A stretch of DNA of 64,000 bases, from assembly GCA_041394285.1 (NCBI GenBank), contig JAWKIL010000013.1, positions 66,089 to 130,088 of the forward strand, read 5' to 3'. The translations under genes were made by a program, and so were the position numbers. Under the pieces are notes generated by a model that worked only from the letters and a program-made list of their open reading frames with translations, was not told the DNA's origin and ran no database searches. Shown here piece by piece: positions 9,075 through 21,097 of this stretch. Every line of letters begins with the position of its first letter. Positions within the stretch are counted from its first letter, which is position 1. This stretch comes from Acidimicrobiales bacterium (GTDB taxonomy: Bacteria > Actinomycetota > Acidimicrobiia > Acidimicrobiales > SZUA-35).

Positions 9075-9983
9075 TCAGGGCAGGTGGATCAGCCCGAACG
9101 CACCCAGGGCCGAGGCGGCGCCGAACGCGTTGAACAGCACGTGGGCCACGATGGCGGGGCCGAGCCGGTCGGTCATGATGGTCACCACGCCGAGCACGAG
9201 GCCGACTGCGCCGATCGAGGCGAACAGCACCAGGGTGCCGTCGAGGTTGCTGCCGGTGAAGTGGGGCAGGGTGAAGGCCACCATCGAGCCGATCACGGCC
9301 ACCACCTTGCCGAACCGCTTCTCGAAGGCCCGCAGCACGAGGCCGCGGAACAGCAGCTCCTCGGTGAGGGGCGCCCCCAGCACGGCGGCCACGAGGAAGA
9401 CCGCCAGCCACGGGGTGCCCTTCGCGTCCAGCAGGAACTGGGTGTTCTCGGCCTGGGATTCGTCGGCCAGGTTCACCAGGTTCGACACGATCCCGGCGGC
9501 CACCGCGGCCAGCCCGAAAGCCATGATCGCCGCCCCCACCCCGATGGCGAGATCGACCGGCTTGAACCTCAACCGCCAGTCGGCGGCGAGGCCCAGACCC
9601 TTCCATTTGGACACCACCCAGGGCCACAGCCCCTGGGCCACCTGCTGGGCCACGAGCGAGCAGGCCAGCATGGCCACCGGAGCGTCGACGGAGCCGTCCA
9701 TCACCCCGTCGAGCTGGTCCCGGGGCACGAACGCCAGGCCCAGGAGCGTGCCCAGGAAGGCCACGACCACGATCAGGGGCACCCCGAGCAGGACGTCGCC
9801 CAGACCCCACCAGGGCCGGACGTGCCACCCCGGCCGGGGTATCGGGAACGGAGCCACCGCCGGCCCGCTCGGCGGGTCCCACGAACCGGGCGAATCCGGC
9901 CCCGGGGCCGGCGGCCCGGCCGGGGGCGGCCCGAGATGGGGCGGCCCCGAAGGAGGCGGTGCCGAGGGCGGGGGGTAACTCAT
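9075..9983 (-). CDS. CPBP-family intramembrane glutamic endopeptidase (CAAX protease/Abi type)
   Basis: Motif 1 EELLFRG and motif 2 HVLFN in a polytopic protein, with a Pro-rich N-terminus. The ATG at 9983 lies 1 nt after the upstream VWA gene stop. Confidence 0.85.
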   Translation of the reverse strand: MSYPPPSAPPPSGPPHLGPPPAGPPAPGPDSPGSWDPPSGPAVAPFPIPRPGWHVRPWWGLGDVLLGVPLIVVVAFLGTLLGLAFVPRDQLDGVMDGSVDAPVAMLACSLVAQQVAQGLWPWVVSKWKGLGLAADWRLRFKPVDLAIGVGAAIMAFGLAAVAAGIVSNLVNLADESQAENTQFLLDAKGTPWLAVFLVAAVLGAPLTEELLFRGLVLRAFEKRFGKVVAVIGSMVAFTLPHFTGSNLDGTLVLFASIGAVGLVLGVVTIMTDRLGPAIVAHVLFNAFGAASALGAFGLIHLP

Positions 9984-9984
9984 C

Positions 9985-11157
9985 TCAACCCCCCACCGAC
10001 GCCCCGGCCAGGATCGTGGCCAGGTGCTCCAGCGACCGGTACGAGTGGCCCTCCACGAACGTGTCGACGTGGGGCAGGGCGGCGGCCATGCCGGCCGCCA
10101 GCGGGGCGTACCCCGGCGTGGCCTTCAGCGGGTTGACCCACACGAGCTGGTGGGTGACCCGGTGCAGCCGCTCCATCTCGGAGGCCAGCAGGCCGGTGTC
10201 CCCCCGGTCCCATCCGTCGCTCAGGATCACCACCACCGCTCCCCGGGCCATGCCCCGCACGCCCCACTCGTTGTTGAACTCCTGCAACCCTTCGCCCAGC
10301 CGGGTGCCGCCCGCCCAGTCTCGCACCTGGGGGAAGGCCCGACGGATCGCGGCGTCGGGATCCCGGCTGGTGAGGTGTTTGGTCAGGCGGGTGAGCCGGG
10401 TGCCGAGCACGAACACCTCCACCTTGGACCGGGCCACCACGGCGGCATGGGCGAAGCGGAGCAGGGCCCGGGCGTAGGGCTCCATCGACCCCGACACGTC
10501 GAGGATCAGCACCAGCCGCCGGGGCCGGGTGGCCTGCTCGGTGAAGGCCCGGCGCATGGGCTCCCCCTGGTGGCGCAGGGCCCAGCGCACGGTGCGGCGC
10601 AGATCGGGCTGATCCCCCTGGCCCTTCACCGGTACCCGCCGCCGGCTGGTGCGCCGGTAGGTGGTGAACCGGAGGCTGGCCATCAGCCGGGTCAGCTCGG
10701 CCAGCTCGTCGTCGGAGCAGTCGGCGAAGTCCTTCTCGGTCAGCACCTCGGCCCGGGAGAACCGGACGGGCTGGATGTCGCCGTCGTCGTCGCCATCGTC
10801 CTGCTCGGGGGGCTCGGGCTCGTCGTCGTCGCCCAGATCGAGCGCCAGCGTGATGGGAGGTGGGGCCGCCCCCAGCACCTGGGCCAGCATCGGCGTGCGC
10901 TGGCGCCAGAAGGCGTCGAACACCCGGTCGTAGACGGGCAGGTCCTCGGGGCGCGTCACCAGCGTGGCCCGGCCGGCCCAGTAGGCGGCGCTGCGCTCCT
11001 CCACCCCTACCAGGCCCAGGGCCTCGGCGAAGTTGATGGTGGCGCTGGCCGGCACCTTGAGCCCCGCCCCCCGCAGGGCCCGGCTGAAGGCCACGATGTA
11101 GCCCTCGCCCGCCGCCGCTCCCGCCGGAGCCGGGGACGACGCACCGGCCACGGTCAA
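9985..11157 (-). CDS. VWA domain protein, CoxE-like
   Basis: C-terminal VWA with a MIDAS-like LVLILDVSGSM. N-terminal region resembles CoxE-family proteins and follows a MoxR ATPase. Confidence 0.85.
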   Translation of the reverse strand: MTVAGASSPAPAGAAAGEGYIVAFSRALRGAGLKVPASATINFAEALGLVGVEERSAAYWAGRATLVTRPEDLPVYDRVFDAFWRQRTPMLAQVLGAAPPPITLALDLGDDDEPEPPEQDDGDDDGDIQPVRFSRAEVLTEKDFADCSDDELAELTRLMASLRFTTYRRTSRRRVPVKGQGDQPDLRRTVRWALRHQGEPMRRAFTEQATRPRRLVLILDVSGSMEPYARALLRFAHAAVVARSKVEVFVLGTRLTRLTKHLTSRDPDAAIRRAFPQVRDWAGGTRLGEGLQEFNNEWGVRGMARGAVVVILSDGWDRGDTGLLASEMERLHRVTHQLVWVNPLKATPGYAPLAAGMAAALPHVDTFVEGHSYRSLEHLATILAGASVGG

Positions 11158-11200
11158 GCCCGGCCCCAGGCGCCGAACAAAGCGTGAGCAACGGCCACGG

Positions 11201-12172
11201 TCAAGCCTGGCCCCGCTCCACGGCCGCTCGCACCAGCTCGTGGACGCCCCGCTGGGCCACCCGGTCCTGGTCTTCCCGGTATTTCAGCACGGTGCCCAGC
11301 GTGGCCTGGACAGTGGCGTCGTCCATCTCCGACCGACCCAGCGCGGCCAGCGACAGGGCCCAGTCGATCGACTCGGCCACCCCCGGCGGCTTGTACAGCC
11401 CGTAGCCCCGCATGGCCTCCACTGCGGCCGCCACCTGGCGGGCCAGGCCCTCGCCCACCCCGGGGGCCCGGAGGCGCACGATCTCCACCTCACGGTCGAA
11501 GCCGGGGTGCTCCACCCAGTGGTAGAGGCAGCGCCGCTTGAGGGCGTCGTGGACGTCGCGGGTGCGGTTGGAGGTGAGCACCACCATGGGCGGCACCGCC
11601 GCCTTGATCGTGCCCAGCTCGGGGATCGTGATGCTGTAGTCCGACAGTGCCTCCAGCAGGAAGGCCTCGAACTCGTCGTCGGCCCTGTCGATCTCGTCGA
11701 TCAGCAGGACCGGGGGCGGCCCCTCGGTGGGGCTGAGCGCCTCCAGCAGGGGCCGGCGGATCAGGAAGCGGGGATCGTACAGCTCGCTCTCCAGGGCGGC
11801 CGACGTGGTGCCGGCCACCTCGCCGGTGGCCTCGGCCGTGCGCAGGTGGAGCAGCTGGCGGGCGTAGTCCCACTCGTAGACGGCCTGGGCCGAGTCGATG
11901 CCCTCGTAACACTGGAGGCGGATCAGGTGCCCGCCGAGCCAGCGGCTGAGCACCTTGGCCACCTCGGTCTTGCCCACCCCGGCCTCGCCCTCCAGGAACA
12001 GGGGCCGGTGGAGGCTGAGCGACAGGAAGATCGCCGTGGCCAGACCCTCGTCGGCCAGGTACTCGTGCTGGGCCAACGCCGCCACCACCTCGTCGACCGA
12101 CTTAGGGACCGACGGGGGAACGGACGGGTTCACGGGCACGGCATCGACCGACTTGGGGGTGCTCACGACCAC
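11201..12172 (-). CDS. MoxR-family AAA+ ATPase (CoxD-like)
   Basis: Walker A GEAGVGKT, Walker B LLIDEIDRA, and a typical MoxR C-terminal region. Confidence 0.9.
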   Translation of the reverse strand: MVVSTPKSVDAVPVNPSVPPSVPKSVDEVVAALAQHEYLADEGLATAIFLSLSLHRPLFLEGEAGVGKTEVAKVLSRWLGGHLIRLQCYEGIDSAQAVYEWDYARQLLHLRTAEATGEVAGTTSAALESELYDPRFLIRRPLLEALSPTEGPPPVLLIDEIDRADDEFEAFLLEALSDYSITIPELGTIKAAVPPMVVLTSNRTRDVHDALKRRCLYHWVEHPGFDREVEIVRLRAPGVGEGLARQVAAAVEAMRGYGLYKPPGVAESIDWALSLAALGRSEMDDATVQATLGTVLKYREDQDRVAQRGVHELVRAAVERGQA

Positions 12173-12202
12173 CCAGGGTAGTGGGGCCGGCTCACCTACC
12201 GC

Positions 12203-13108
12203 CTACCCGCGCGCCGGGGCGCCCGGCCCGCCGGACACGAAGCTCAGGGCCTCCCGCAGCGCCGTGAGCAGCTCGGGGGTGGGCCGCTCGAACTGGAAGT
12301 GGTTGCCACCCACCTCCCGGTACCACCAACCGGCCCGGGCCAGCCCCTGCCACCGGCGGGCCCCGTCGTCGCTCACCAGGCTGTCGGCCCGACCTCGGAT
12401 GGTGGCCAGCGGCACGGCAACCGCCGGCACGTCGGTGACCTCGGCCGCGGCGTGGGCGGCGTCGATGTCCACGCCGATCGCCTCGGCCGCCAGCGTGATC
12501 AGCTCGCCGGTGGCGGTCCCCCGGGCGTCGGCCTCCAGCTGGGCCAGCACCTCGTCCCGCGATCGCCGGCCGGTGGTGCCGGGAGCGGCCGACACCGTGA
12601 TCACGCCGGCCACCTCGGCCCGCATGGAGTCGGCCAGCTCGGCCGCCACACTGGCGGCGGTGACGGCCCCCAGGCTCTCACCCAGCAGCACCCAGCGCTG
12701 GTAGGGCTCGGCCTCGATGTGGCGCACGAAGTGGGTCACATGGTCCCGCAGCGACGTGAGGGGCGGTTCGGCGAACCGGATCCCCCGCCCCGGCAGCTCG
12801 AACGTGCGCAACGCCACCGCGTGGTCCAGGTGGCGGCGCAGCTGCTCGAACCGGGCGGCCGACGCCCCCGCACCCGGCAGGCACAACAGCCGGGGCCCGC
12901 CGAAGGCAGCGGAGCTGCCGACCGGGGATGGGGCCCCGGGCGAGACGGGGCCCGGGGGCGCAGCCCCCGCACGATCAGCGGAGCTGCCGACCGGGGATGG
13001 GGCCCCGGGCGAGACGGGGCCCGGGGGCGCAGCCCCCGCAGGATGAGGGGCCGGACCCGGGGGATGGGAGAGCCTGCCCGGGTCCGGCGAGCCGTCCCGC
13101 CCGGTCAT
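12203..13108 (-). CDS. type II thioesterase (alpha/beta hydrolase) with repeat-containing Pro-rich N-terminus
   Basis: ATG at 13108 overlaps the AONS stop (ATGA). LLCLPGAGASAARF, GESLG nucleophile and GGNHFQF His motif, as in PF00975-type thioesterases. Confidence 0.75.
   Translation of the reverse strand: MTGRDGSPDPGRLSHPPGPAPHPAGAAPPGPVSPGAPSPVGSSADRAGAAPPGPVSPGAPSPVGSSAAFGGPRLLCLPGAGASAARFEQLRRHLDHAVALRTFELPGRGIRFAEPPLTSLRDHVTHFVRHIEAEPYQRWVLLGESLGAVTAASVAAELADSMRAEVAGVITVSAAPGTTGRRSRDEVLAQLEADARGTATGELITLAAEAIGVDIDAAHAAAEVTDVPAVAVPLATIRGRADSLVSDDGARRWQGLARAGWWYREVGGNHFQFERPTPELLTALREALSFVSGGPGAPARG
12907..13040. repeat. tandem direct repeat, 2 x 65 nt identical, period 69 nt
   Basis: 12907-12971 is identical to 12976-13040. 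In frame within the thioesterase N-terminus (AAPPGPVSPGAPSPVGSSA x2). Confidence 0.9.
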
Positions 13109-14475
13109 GGCCGGGGACGAAGGGTGACCCCTGCCTCGGCCGCGCACTTGGCCGTGATCTCCGCCGTCCGCAGGAGGTCTTCCTCCAGGTGGGCGGCCGA
13201 CACGAAGAACCGGACCCGGGCCAGGTTCTCCGGCACCACGGGATGGAACAGGCCGTAGGCGATGATCCCGTTCTCCCGCAGCATCGACGACAGCCGCACC
13301 GCCGCCACCGAGCTGCCGGTCATGGCCGGCACCACCGCCGTGCCGTGCGACAGGCCGGTGTCGATCCCCAGGCGGTTCAACTCCCGGGCGAACAGCTCGG
13401 CGTTGCTCCGGGCCCGGGCCGGGAGATCGGGCCGGGCCCGTAGCACCCGCAGTGAGGCCAGCGTGGCCGCCGCCTGGGAGGCCGGCATGGGGGCGCAGTA
13501 CAGCACGGCCCCGGGGGCGAGGTAGCGGACGGCCCGGAGCAGCCCGCGCTCGCCCGTCACGTAGCCTCCCACGCTGGCCAGGGCCTTGGACACCGTGTTC
13601 ATCAGCACGATGTCGGGGTCGGGGGCGACGCCGAAGTGCTCCAGCACCCCCCGCCCGCTGCGGCCGAGCACGCCGAAGGAGTGGGCCTCGTCGATGTAGA
13701 TGTCGCACTCGTGGCGCCGGGCCACCTCGAGGATCTCGGGCAGGCGGGCGATGTCGCCGTCCATGCTGTAGACGCCCTCGATCATGACCAGGCAGATGCT
13801 GCCGCTGCGGCGGTGCCGGGCCAGCATGGCGTCGAGGTGCTCGGGGTCGTTGTGGCGGAAGGCCAGGCGGCGGGCCCCCGACAGCCGGGCTCCGGCGATC
13901 ATCGAGTTGTGCGACAGCTCGTCGTGGATCACCAGATCCTCGGGGCCCACGGCGTAGGCCAGGAAGGCCACGTTGGTGAGGTAGCCGCTCACGAACAGCA
14001 CGGCGTCCTCGGTGCCGTAGATGTCGGCGATCTCCGCTTCCAGCGTGTGGTAGAGGTCGATGTCGCCTCCCACCGAGCGGGTGGCCGACAGCGACGCCCC
14101 GTAGGTGGCCACCGCCTCCCGGGCCGCCTCCCGCAGCTCGGGCAGATCGCCCAGGCCCAGGTAGTCGTACGAGCTGAAGTTCACCATGATCTGGCTGCCC
14201 AGCACCTCGGCCCGGCCGTTGCCGGCCTTGCGCTGGGGCACGAAGTAGCCGCCGCCGTCGAGCCCGTTCTCCCGGGCCAGGTCCAGCAGGGTGGTGATCT
14301 CGGCGATGCCGAGATGGTCCCGCAACCGCCGTAACGGCCGGGCGACCGGCCGACGGGGCGCCGCCGCGCGCCCCGCCAGCAGTCGCCCGGCCAGAGCTGC
14401 CTTCGGATCGGCGGCACCGCCGGCGGGATTGCCGCCGCTGGCGCCCGTGATCCTGTCGCCGTTCATGTCGCTCAC
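13105..14475 (-). CDS. alpha-oxoamine synthase family PLP enzyme (AONS/KBL/SPT-like)
   Basis: VNFSSYDYLGLG, DELSHNSMI, IDEAHSFG and the PLP lysine context NTVSKAL. The GTG start overlaps the PKS stop (GTGA). About 50 aa of extra N-terminus. Confidence 0.9.
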   Translation of the reverse strand: MSDMNGDRITGASGGNPAGGAADPKAALAGRLLAGRAAAPRRPVARPLRRLRDHLGIAEITTLLDLARENGLDGGGYFVPQRKAGNGRAEVLGSQIMVNFSSYDYLGLGDLPELREAAREAVATYGASLSATRSVGGDIDLYHTLEAEIADIYGTEDAVLFVSGYLTNVAFLAYAVGPEDLVIHDELSHNSMIAGARLSGARRLAFRHNDPEHLDAMLARHRRSGSICLVMIEGVYSMDGDIARLPEILEVARRHECDIYIDEAHSFGVLGRSGRGVLEHFGVAPDPDIVLMNTVSKALASVGGYVTGERGLLRAVRYLAPGAVLYCAPMPASQAAATLASLRVLRARPDLPARARSNAELFARELNRLGIDTGLSHGTAVVPAMTGSSVAAVRLSSMLRENGIIAYGLFHPVVPENLARVRFFVSAAHLEEDLLRTAEITAKCAAEAGVTLRPRP

Positions 14476-17400
14476 GCTCCTGCTCCGACTTCCACGCCCA
14501 CCGCCGCCCCCGGGCCGGGATCACCGCCGGAACCGCCTCCCGGGTCGATGTCGATGACCGCTTCGTCGAGGTACTCGGCGATGCGGGTGGCCAGCTGGCC
14601 GATGGTGCCGTCGGGGAGGAACAGCCGGCTGAGCGGCACCTCGTGCTGGAGGATCTCGTTGATGCCGACCTGGATCTCCACCACGGCCAGGGAGTCGATG
14701 CCGAGGTCGGCGAAGCTGGCGTCGGCCTCGAGGGCGCCGTCCTCGGTCCCGAGGGCGGCGGTGAACAGCCCGAGCAGCATGAGGGTGAGCACGTCGGCCC
14801 GGTCCTCCACCCCGAGCTGGAGGAGCTGCTCCAGCTCGGCCCGGTCGCCTCCGCCCGAGGCCGCCGCCACCAGGTGGCGGATCACCGAGGAGCTGGCGTT
14901 GCCCGGCTCGGACCGGCCCACCCGCTGCCAGTCCACCTCGGCCGTGAGGAACACGGGCGCACGGGTGGTGGCGGCGGCGTCGAGGATCCCGAACAGGCGC
15001 CGGGGCGACACCATCGACAGGCCATTGGCGGCGAAGAACCGAGAGTTCCGCTCGTCGCCGGCGGCCATGCCAGCCTCCTCGATCGGGCCGAGCTGCATGG
15101 CGCAGGCCCGGATCCCCCGGGCCCGCAGGTCGGCCGCCCAGCCGTCGAGCTCGGTGTTGGCCGCGGCGTAGGTGCCCTGCAGCGACACGCCCAGCGCCCC
15201 CGACATCGACGACGCCAGCAGGAGGAACTCCAGCTCCTCCCAGGCCCCGGGCAACTGGTCGAGCCCGGCCACCAGGTTGGCGATCCCGTCGACCTTGGCC
15301 CCGAACGAACGGGCCACCCGCTCGCCGTCGATCTCGGTGAACGGACCGTCGGCGATCACCCCGGCGGCGTGCAGCACGCCCCGGATCGGCTTGTCGGCCC
15401 GCAGCCGGCGCACCAGGGCGGCCATGCCCTCCCGGTCGGCCACGTCGGCCGCCACCACCTGCACCTCGGCCCCGCACGCCTCGATCAGGCCCACCAGACC
15501 CTGCGACTGCTCCGGAACCCGGCCCGAGCGGCCGGTCACCACGATGGTGCGGGCGCCCCGGCTCGCCATCCACTGGGCGGCCATGAGACCGACCCCGCCG
15601 TAGCCGCCGGTGATCAGGTAGATCCCGTTCGGGTCGAGCACGGGCGCCGCCCGCCGGGCCCGCGCCACCGCCGGCTCGGGGGTCAGCTCGACCACCAGGC
15701 TGCCCACGGTCTCGCCCCGGGCCAGGTCGGCGACGGCGGCCGGGAGCTGATCGACGTGGTAGCGGGTCACCGGGGTGCGGTTGCGGGACTCCTGGACCTG
15801 GGCCAGGGCCCGGGTGATCAGATCGTTGAACCAGTCGGGGTCGTCGGCCGCGATCTGGTCGGTGTCGATCCGGGACAAGGTCCGGTTGCCGTCGACGGCG
15901 AGGGCCAGCTGCACCTCGTCGGGTCCCGACGGCTTGCCCAGGTCGACGTAGCGACCCCGGTTGCGGAGCTGGTTGAACAGCAGCGACCGGGCCTCGCCGT
16001 TGACCACGGCGGCGATGCAGTCGAACGGGCCGTGGCCGCCGGCCAGCAGGGCCCCGGGGATGGCGGCCCCCCGGGCCACCACCGCCGTCAGCCGCCCGGC
16101 GGCCGCCTCCTCGGCGAACAGGTCGTGCAACGCCGCCACCTTGGCCTCGCTGCCCACGCTGGCGACGACCCGGCAGCCGGTCGACAGGGCGTGGCGGCAC
16201 AGCACCGAGCCCAGCGCGCCGGCGCCGGACTGGACGAACACCGTGTCGCCGGGACGGATCCGGGCCACGTCGTCGAGCGCGGCCAGGGCCGTCACCCACG
16301 GCATCATCAGGGCCAGCTGGACGCTGACCTCCACCTGGTCCGACAGGGGCCGGATGTACTCGTCGGCCACGTTGACCGTGAGCCGCTGGCGGAACGGGCG
16401 CCGCACCGGCCCGCCCACCAGGTCGCCCGGGGCGAACGGGGTGCCGGAGCCGGCCTCGACCACCCACCCGGCCGCACCCAGGCCGAGGTCGAGGCCGGCG
16501 AAGGTGGCCAGGGCGTTCGTCCCGAGGGTGCCGAATGCCTTGCCGACGTCTTTCCAGGTGAGCGGTACGGCCCAGTTCTCGATGGTGATCTCGCCCGGTC
16601 CGGGCGGGCGCACCGGCTCGGCCGTCACCTCCAGGCGGCCGGCGGAGGCCAGGTCGAACGCCAGCGTCGTGTCGGGTTCCCGGTCGGCGGGGTCGTAGGC
16701 CAGCAGGGTGTCGGTTCCCACCTGCTCCAGGCGGCTGAGCCCCACCTCGCCGTCGATCCGCACCTCGTATTCGGAGACCTCCCCGATCCAGTGGGCCAGC
16801 ACGTCGACGGGGGTGAGGGGATCGGCCAGGACGGCCCGGACGGGGAAGCCGAAGGAGTTGGTGGCCGATCGCCGCAGACCGAGGAGCCAGTGCTGGCCCA
16901 CGTCACCCACCAGGGTGAGGGTGAGCGTGGGGTCCTCCAGGGCCGCCACCTGGTTCACCAGATCGAAGGTGGCGGTGGCGTCGGCCGTGCGGTGCCCGAT
17001 GGGCGCCGCCCACAGCAGGTGGGCCCGCTGGCCCCGGGGCACCTGGCCGAGCTCCACCACGGGGGCGGTCAGCGGCAGCGGGCCCGAACCGGCCACGATG
17101 TACTCGTCGAGGCGGGGGGCGACCGGAGCCATCCCCTCGTCGAGATACTGCTTCTCGAGACGCTGCTCGGGAAGGTACTGCTCGGTCAGGTACCGGTCGC
17201 CGTCGGCCGTGAGGTCGATCAGGAGGTCGTCGCCGGCAAGGAGGGGCAGCTCCTCGCCGGCGAGGGCGTCGTCGGCGTCGTCGGCGTCGATGTCGGTGAA
17301 GCGCTCCCGCACCTCGTCGGGGGTGACGGCGTGCAGGGTGTAGGTGTTGCGGTCGAGATACGAGGCCCGGGCCGCGTCGTCGCTCTGGTTCCGGACGCAG

Positions 17401-19533
17401 GCCACGTCGGCCAGCTCCGCCACCAGGGTGCCGTCGAGGTCGAAGAACTGGACCGAGCCCACCAGCTCGTGGCGGGTGCGGGACGTCACCTCGGCCCGGG
17501 CCCGCCACGGGCGGTCGCCCGCCATCGGCCGGTGGAGGCCGACCCGACCCAGCCGGAACGGGAGGTACATCGCCTCGCCCAGGTCCCGGGCGGCGGCGAT
17601 CAGCAGCTGGAGCCCGGCGTCGAGCACCCAGGGGGCATGCCGGCCACCCCGGTAGGGCACACCGGCGTCGATGGTGGCCCAGGCCACCAGGTTCTCGGTC
17701 AGGGTGGCGCCGGCCGCTCCCCCCTCGCCCACGGTGATCTCGGTGAGGTTGCGGAAGGCGCCGCCGTACTGCAGGCCTTTCAGCCGGAACAGGGAGTAGA
17801 GGGCGTCGGGTTCGACGCCCGGCGAGCCGGGGGGTGTAGACCCGGCCGCCGGGACGTCGTCCGTGGGGACCGCGGTCCCGATCGAGGCGACGGCGTTGAG
17901 CGTCCACGCCGCCGTGTCGCCCAGAGGGCGGGAGTAGCACCGCCCCACGCCGCCGCCGAGCTTGATCCGCACCAGGGCGGGGTTGGCGAACACCGGAAGC
18001 CCCTGGGCGATCGTGAGATCGGTGAGGGTGACGCTGCGCTCGTCGCCCAGGGTGGCGGCCAACGCCAGCAGCTCGGCCCACAGGGTGGCCGGTACCACCG
18101 GCCCCAGGCCCTGCACGGTATGGCCTTCAAGCCATGGCTGGTCGGAGATCGACAGCTCCACGTCGAACTCGTCGTTGTGGTCCGACACCCGTCGCCCGAG
18201 GAGGGTCAGGCCGGGCACGGCCGAGCTGTTGGCCCGGTCGACGTCGTACCACGGATCCTGGTCCCACACCTTCTGGGGGGACCGGACCGGGGTGGGCAGG
18301 GGGGCCGAGCGAATCCGGGGCGGCCGGCCGAGACCCTCCAGCGCCAGCTTGCCCACGGCGCCGACGAACATGCGGTACTCGTCGTCGCGCCGTGACAGCA
18401 GAGGCGTGACGCTCACGCCGGCGGCGTTGCGGGCCATCGCCTCGATGCTCGGGGTGAGCACCGGATGGGGGGCCAGCTCGACGAAGGTGGTGCTGCCGTC
18501 GGCCAGGGCCAGCTCCACCGCCTGGGCGAAGCGCACCGGTAGGCGCACGTTGCGGGGCCAGTAGCCCGCACCCCACTCCTCGCCGGTGGACAGCGAGCCG
18601 CTGACGGTGGAGTAGATGGGCAGCCGGGCCGGCTTGGGCTCGATGAAGCTCATCTGGTCGGCCAGATCGGCCGCGATCTCGTCCATCACCGGGCTGTGGT
18701 AGGGGACCTCCACCCGGAGCGTCTTGGCGAAGATGCGCTGGTCCCGCATGCGCTGCTCCAGCTCGGCGATCTGGCTGGCGTCGCCGGCCACGGTCACCGC
18801 CTGGTGGTCGTTGATGGCGGCCAGCGACACGCCGGGCAGATCGGCGATGGCCTCGGCCGCCTCCGCCTCGCTCAGGCCGACGGCCAGCATCACCCCCCGG
18901 CCGGCCAGGGTGGCCTGGAGCCGCCCCCGCACCACGGCCACCCGGGCCGCCTCCTCCAGGGTGTAGATCCCCGCCGCGTAGGCCGCCGCCACCTCGCCGG
19001 CGCTGTGGCCGATCACGGCGTCGGGCCTGATGCCCTCGGCCACCAGCAGGTCGTGGAGGGCGGCCTGGAGGAGGAAGTTGCCGGGTTGGGCCAGCCGGGT
19101 CGGCAGCACGTCGCCCGGATCGTGCCCGGCCAGCTCCTCCCACACCGATCCGCCGTGGTGCACGGCCAGCAGGCCGTCGATCTCGTTCACCCGCCGGGCG
19201 AAGGCGGGGATCTCCAGGGCCAGCCCCCGACCCATCCGGGCCCACTGGGGCCCCATGCCGCTGCACACGAACGTCACGCGCCGGCCACCGCTGCGGTGCT
19301 GGCCGGAGGCGACGCAGCTGCCGTCGAGCACCAGCTCGGCCAGCGCCGTGAGCAGCTCGCTGCGGGTGCGTCCGGCCACGATCCAGCGGGACTGGCCCCG
19401 GGCCGCCCGCCAGGCCGCTTCCACCTGGGCCTCGAACCCGGCCTCGCCGGCGGCCTGGATGAGGTCGATCAGCTGCTGCGCGTTCTCGGCCGCCCGCTCC
19501 TGGTTGGCGCCGGTGACGGGAAGGCGGTGGATC

Positions 19534-19541
<8 letters not shown>
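14472..19541 (-). CDS. type I polyketide synthase lacking KS: AT-DH-(psiKR)-ER-KR-ACP
   Basis: AT GHSAGE. DH LEGHTVQGLGPVVP (HxxxGxxxxP). ER VFVQSGAGALGS. KR YLITGGYGGVG plus YAAAN. ACP LGIDSL. Confidence 0.95.
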
Positions 19542-20841
<1,300 letters not shown>

Positions 20842-21016
20842 CCTCGTGCCCCTTTGACAGGAATGAGAAAAGAACTGCTCCGACGTCCGGGGTCCAGCGG
20901 TTCGACCCACACGGCGACGTGCTTGTTGAAACGGGCCGGCGGCGTCAGGGGATACGGTGTGAGCAGCTTTGCCCACGTTTAGCCAGCAACCATTTCGGGG
21001 CTCACGCTGTGCTCTA

Positions 21017-21035
21017 CCGGGGGCTGCGCCCCCGG
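21017..21035 (-). terminator. GC hairpin downstream of the Mo-oxidoreductase gene
   Basis: CCGGGGGC-tgc-GCCCCCGG, 8-bp stem. No clear U tract. Confidence 0.35.
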
Positions 21036-21097
21036 ACGCGGGCTCCTCCGTCGCCCGCTCCCCCATCCACGTCGGGGCCCCTACCCCGCCGTGGCGG

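Noticed and set aside
12203-14524. 773-aa ORF spanning the thioesterase and the AONS region, and similarly 42127..44079 and 38934..41303.
   Set aside because: Only the 3' parts carry family motifs. The upstream parts overlap genes that are clearly coding in other frames. Internal starts with 4-nt stop/start overlaps were chosen instead.
14643-18395. Very long ORFs antisense to or overlapping real genes. Examples: 14643..18395 (+), 3580..4773 (+), 8155..9882 (-), 58661..61783 (+), 48927..51851 (+), 33674..36742 (+).
   Set aside because: These are shadow ORFs typical of 70%+ GC DNA. They are Arg/Gly/Pro/His-rich with low-complexity translations and no recognisable motifs. Each overlaps a frame that carries clear family signatures.
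20842-21066. N-terminal 75-codon extension of the KS ORF.
   Set aside because: The extension has no KS similarity. KS homology begins right after GTG 20841, which has an AGGGG motif upstream. The region is AT-richer, like a 5' UTR.
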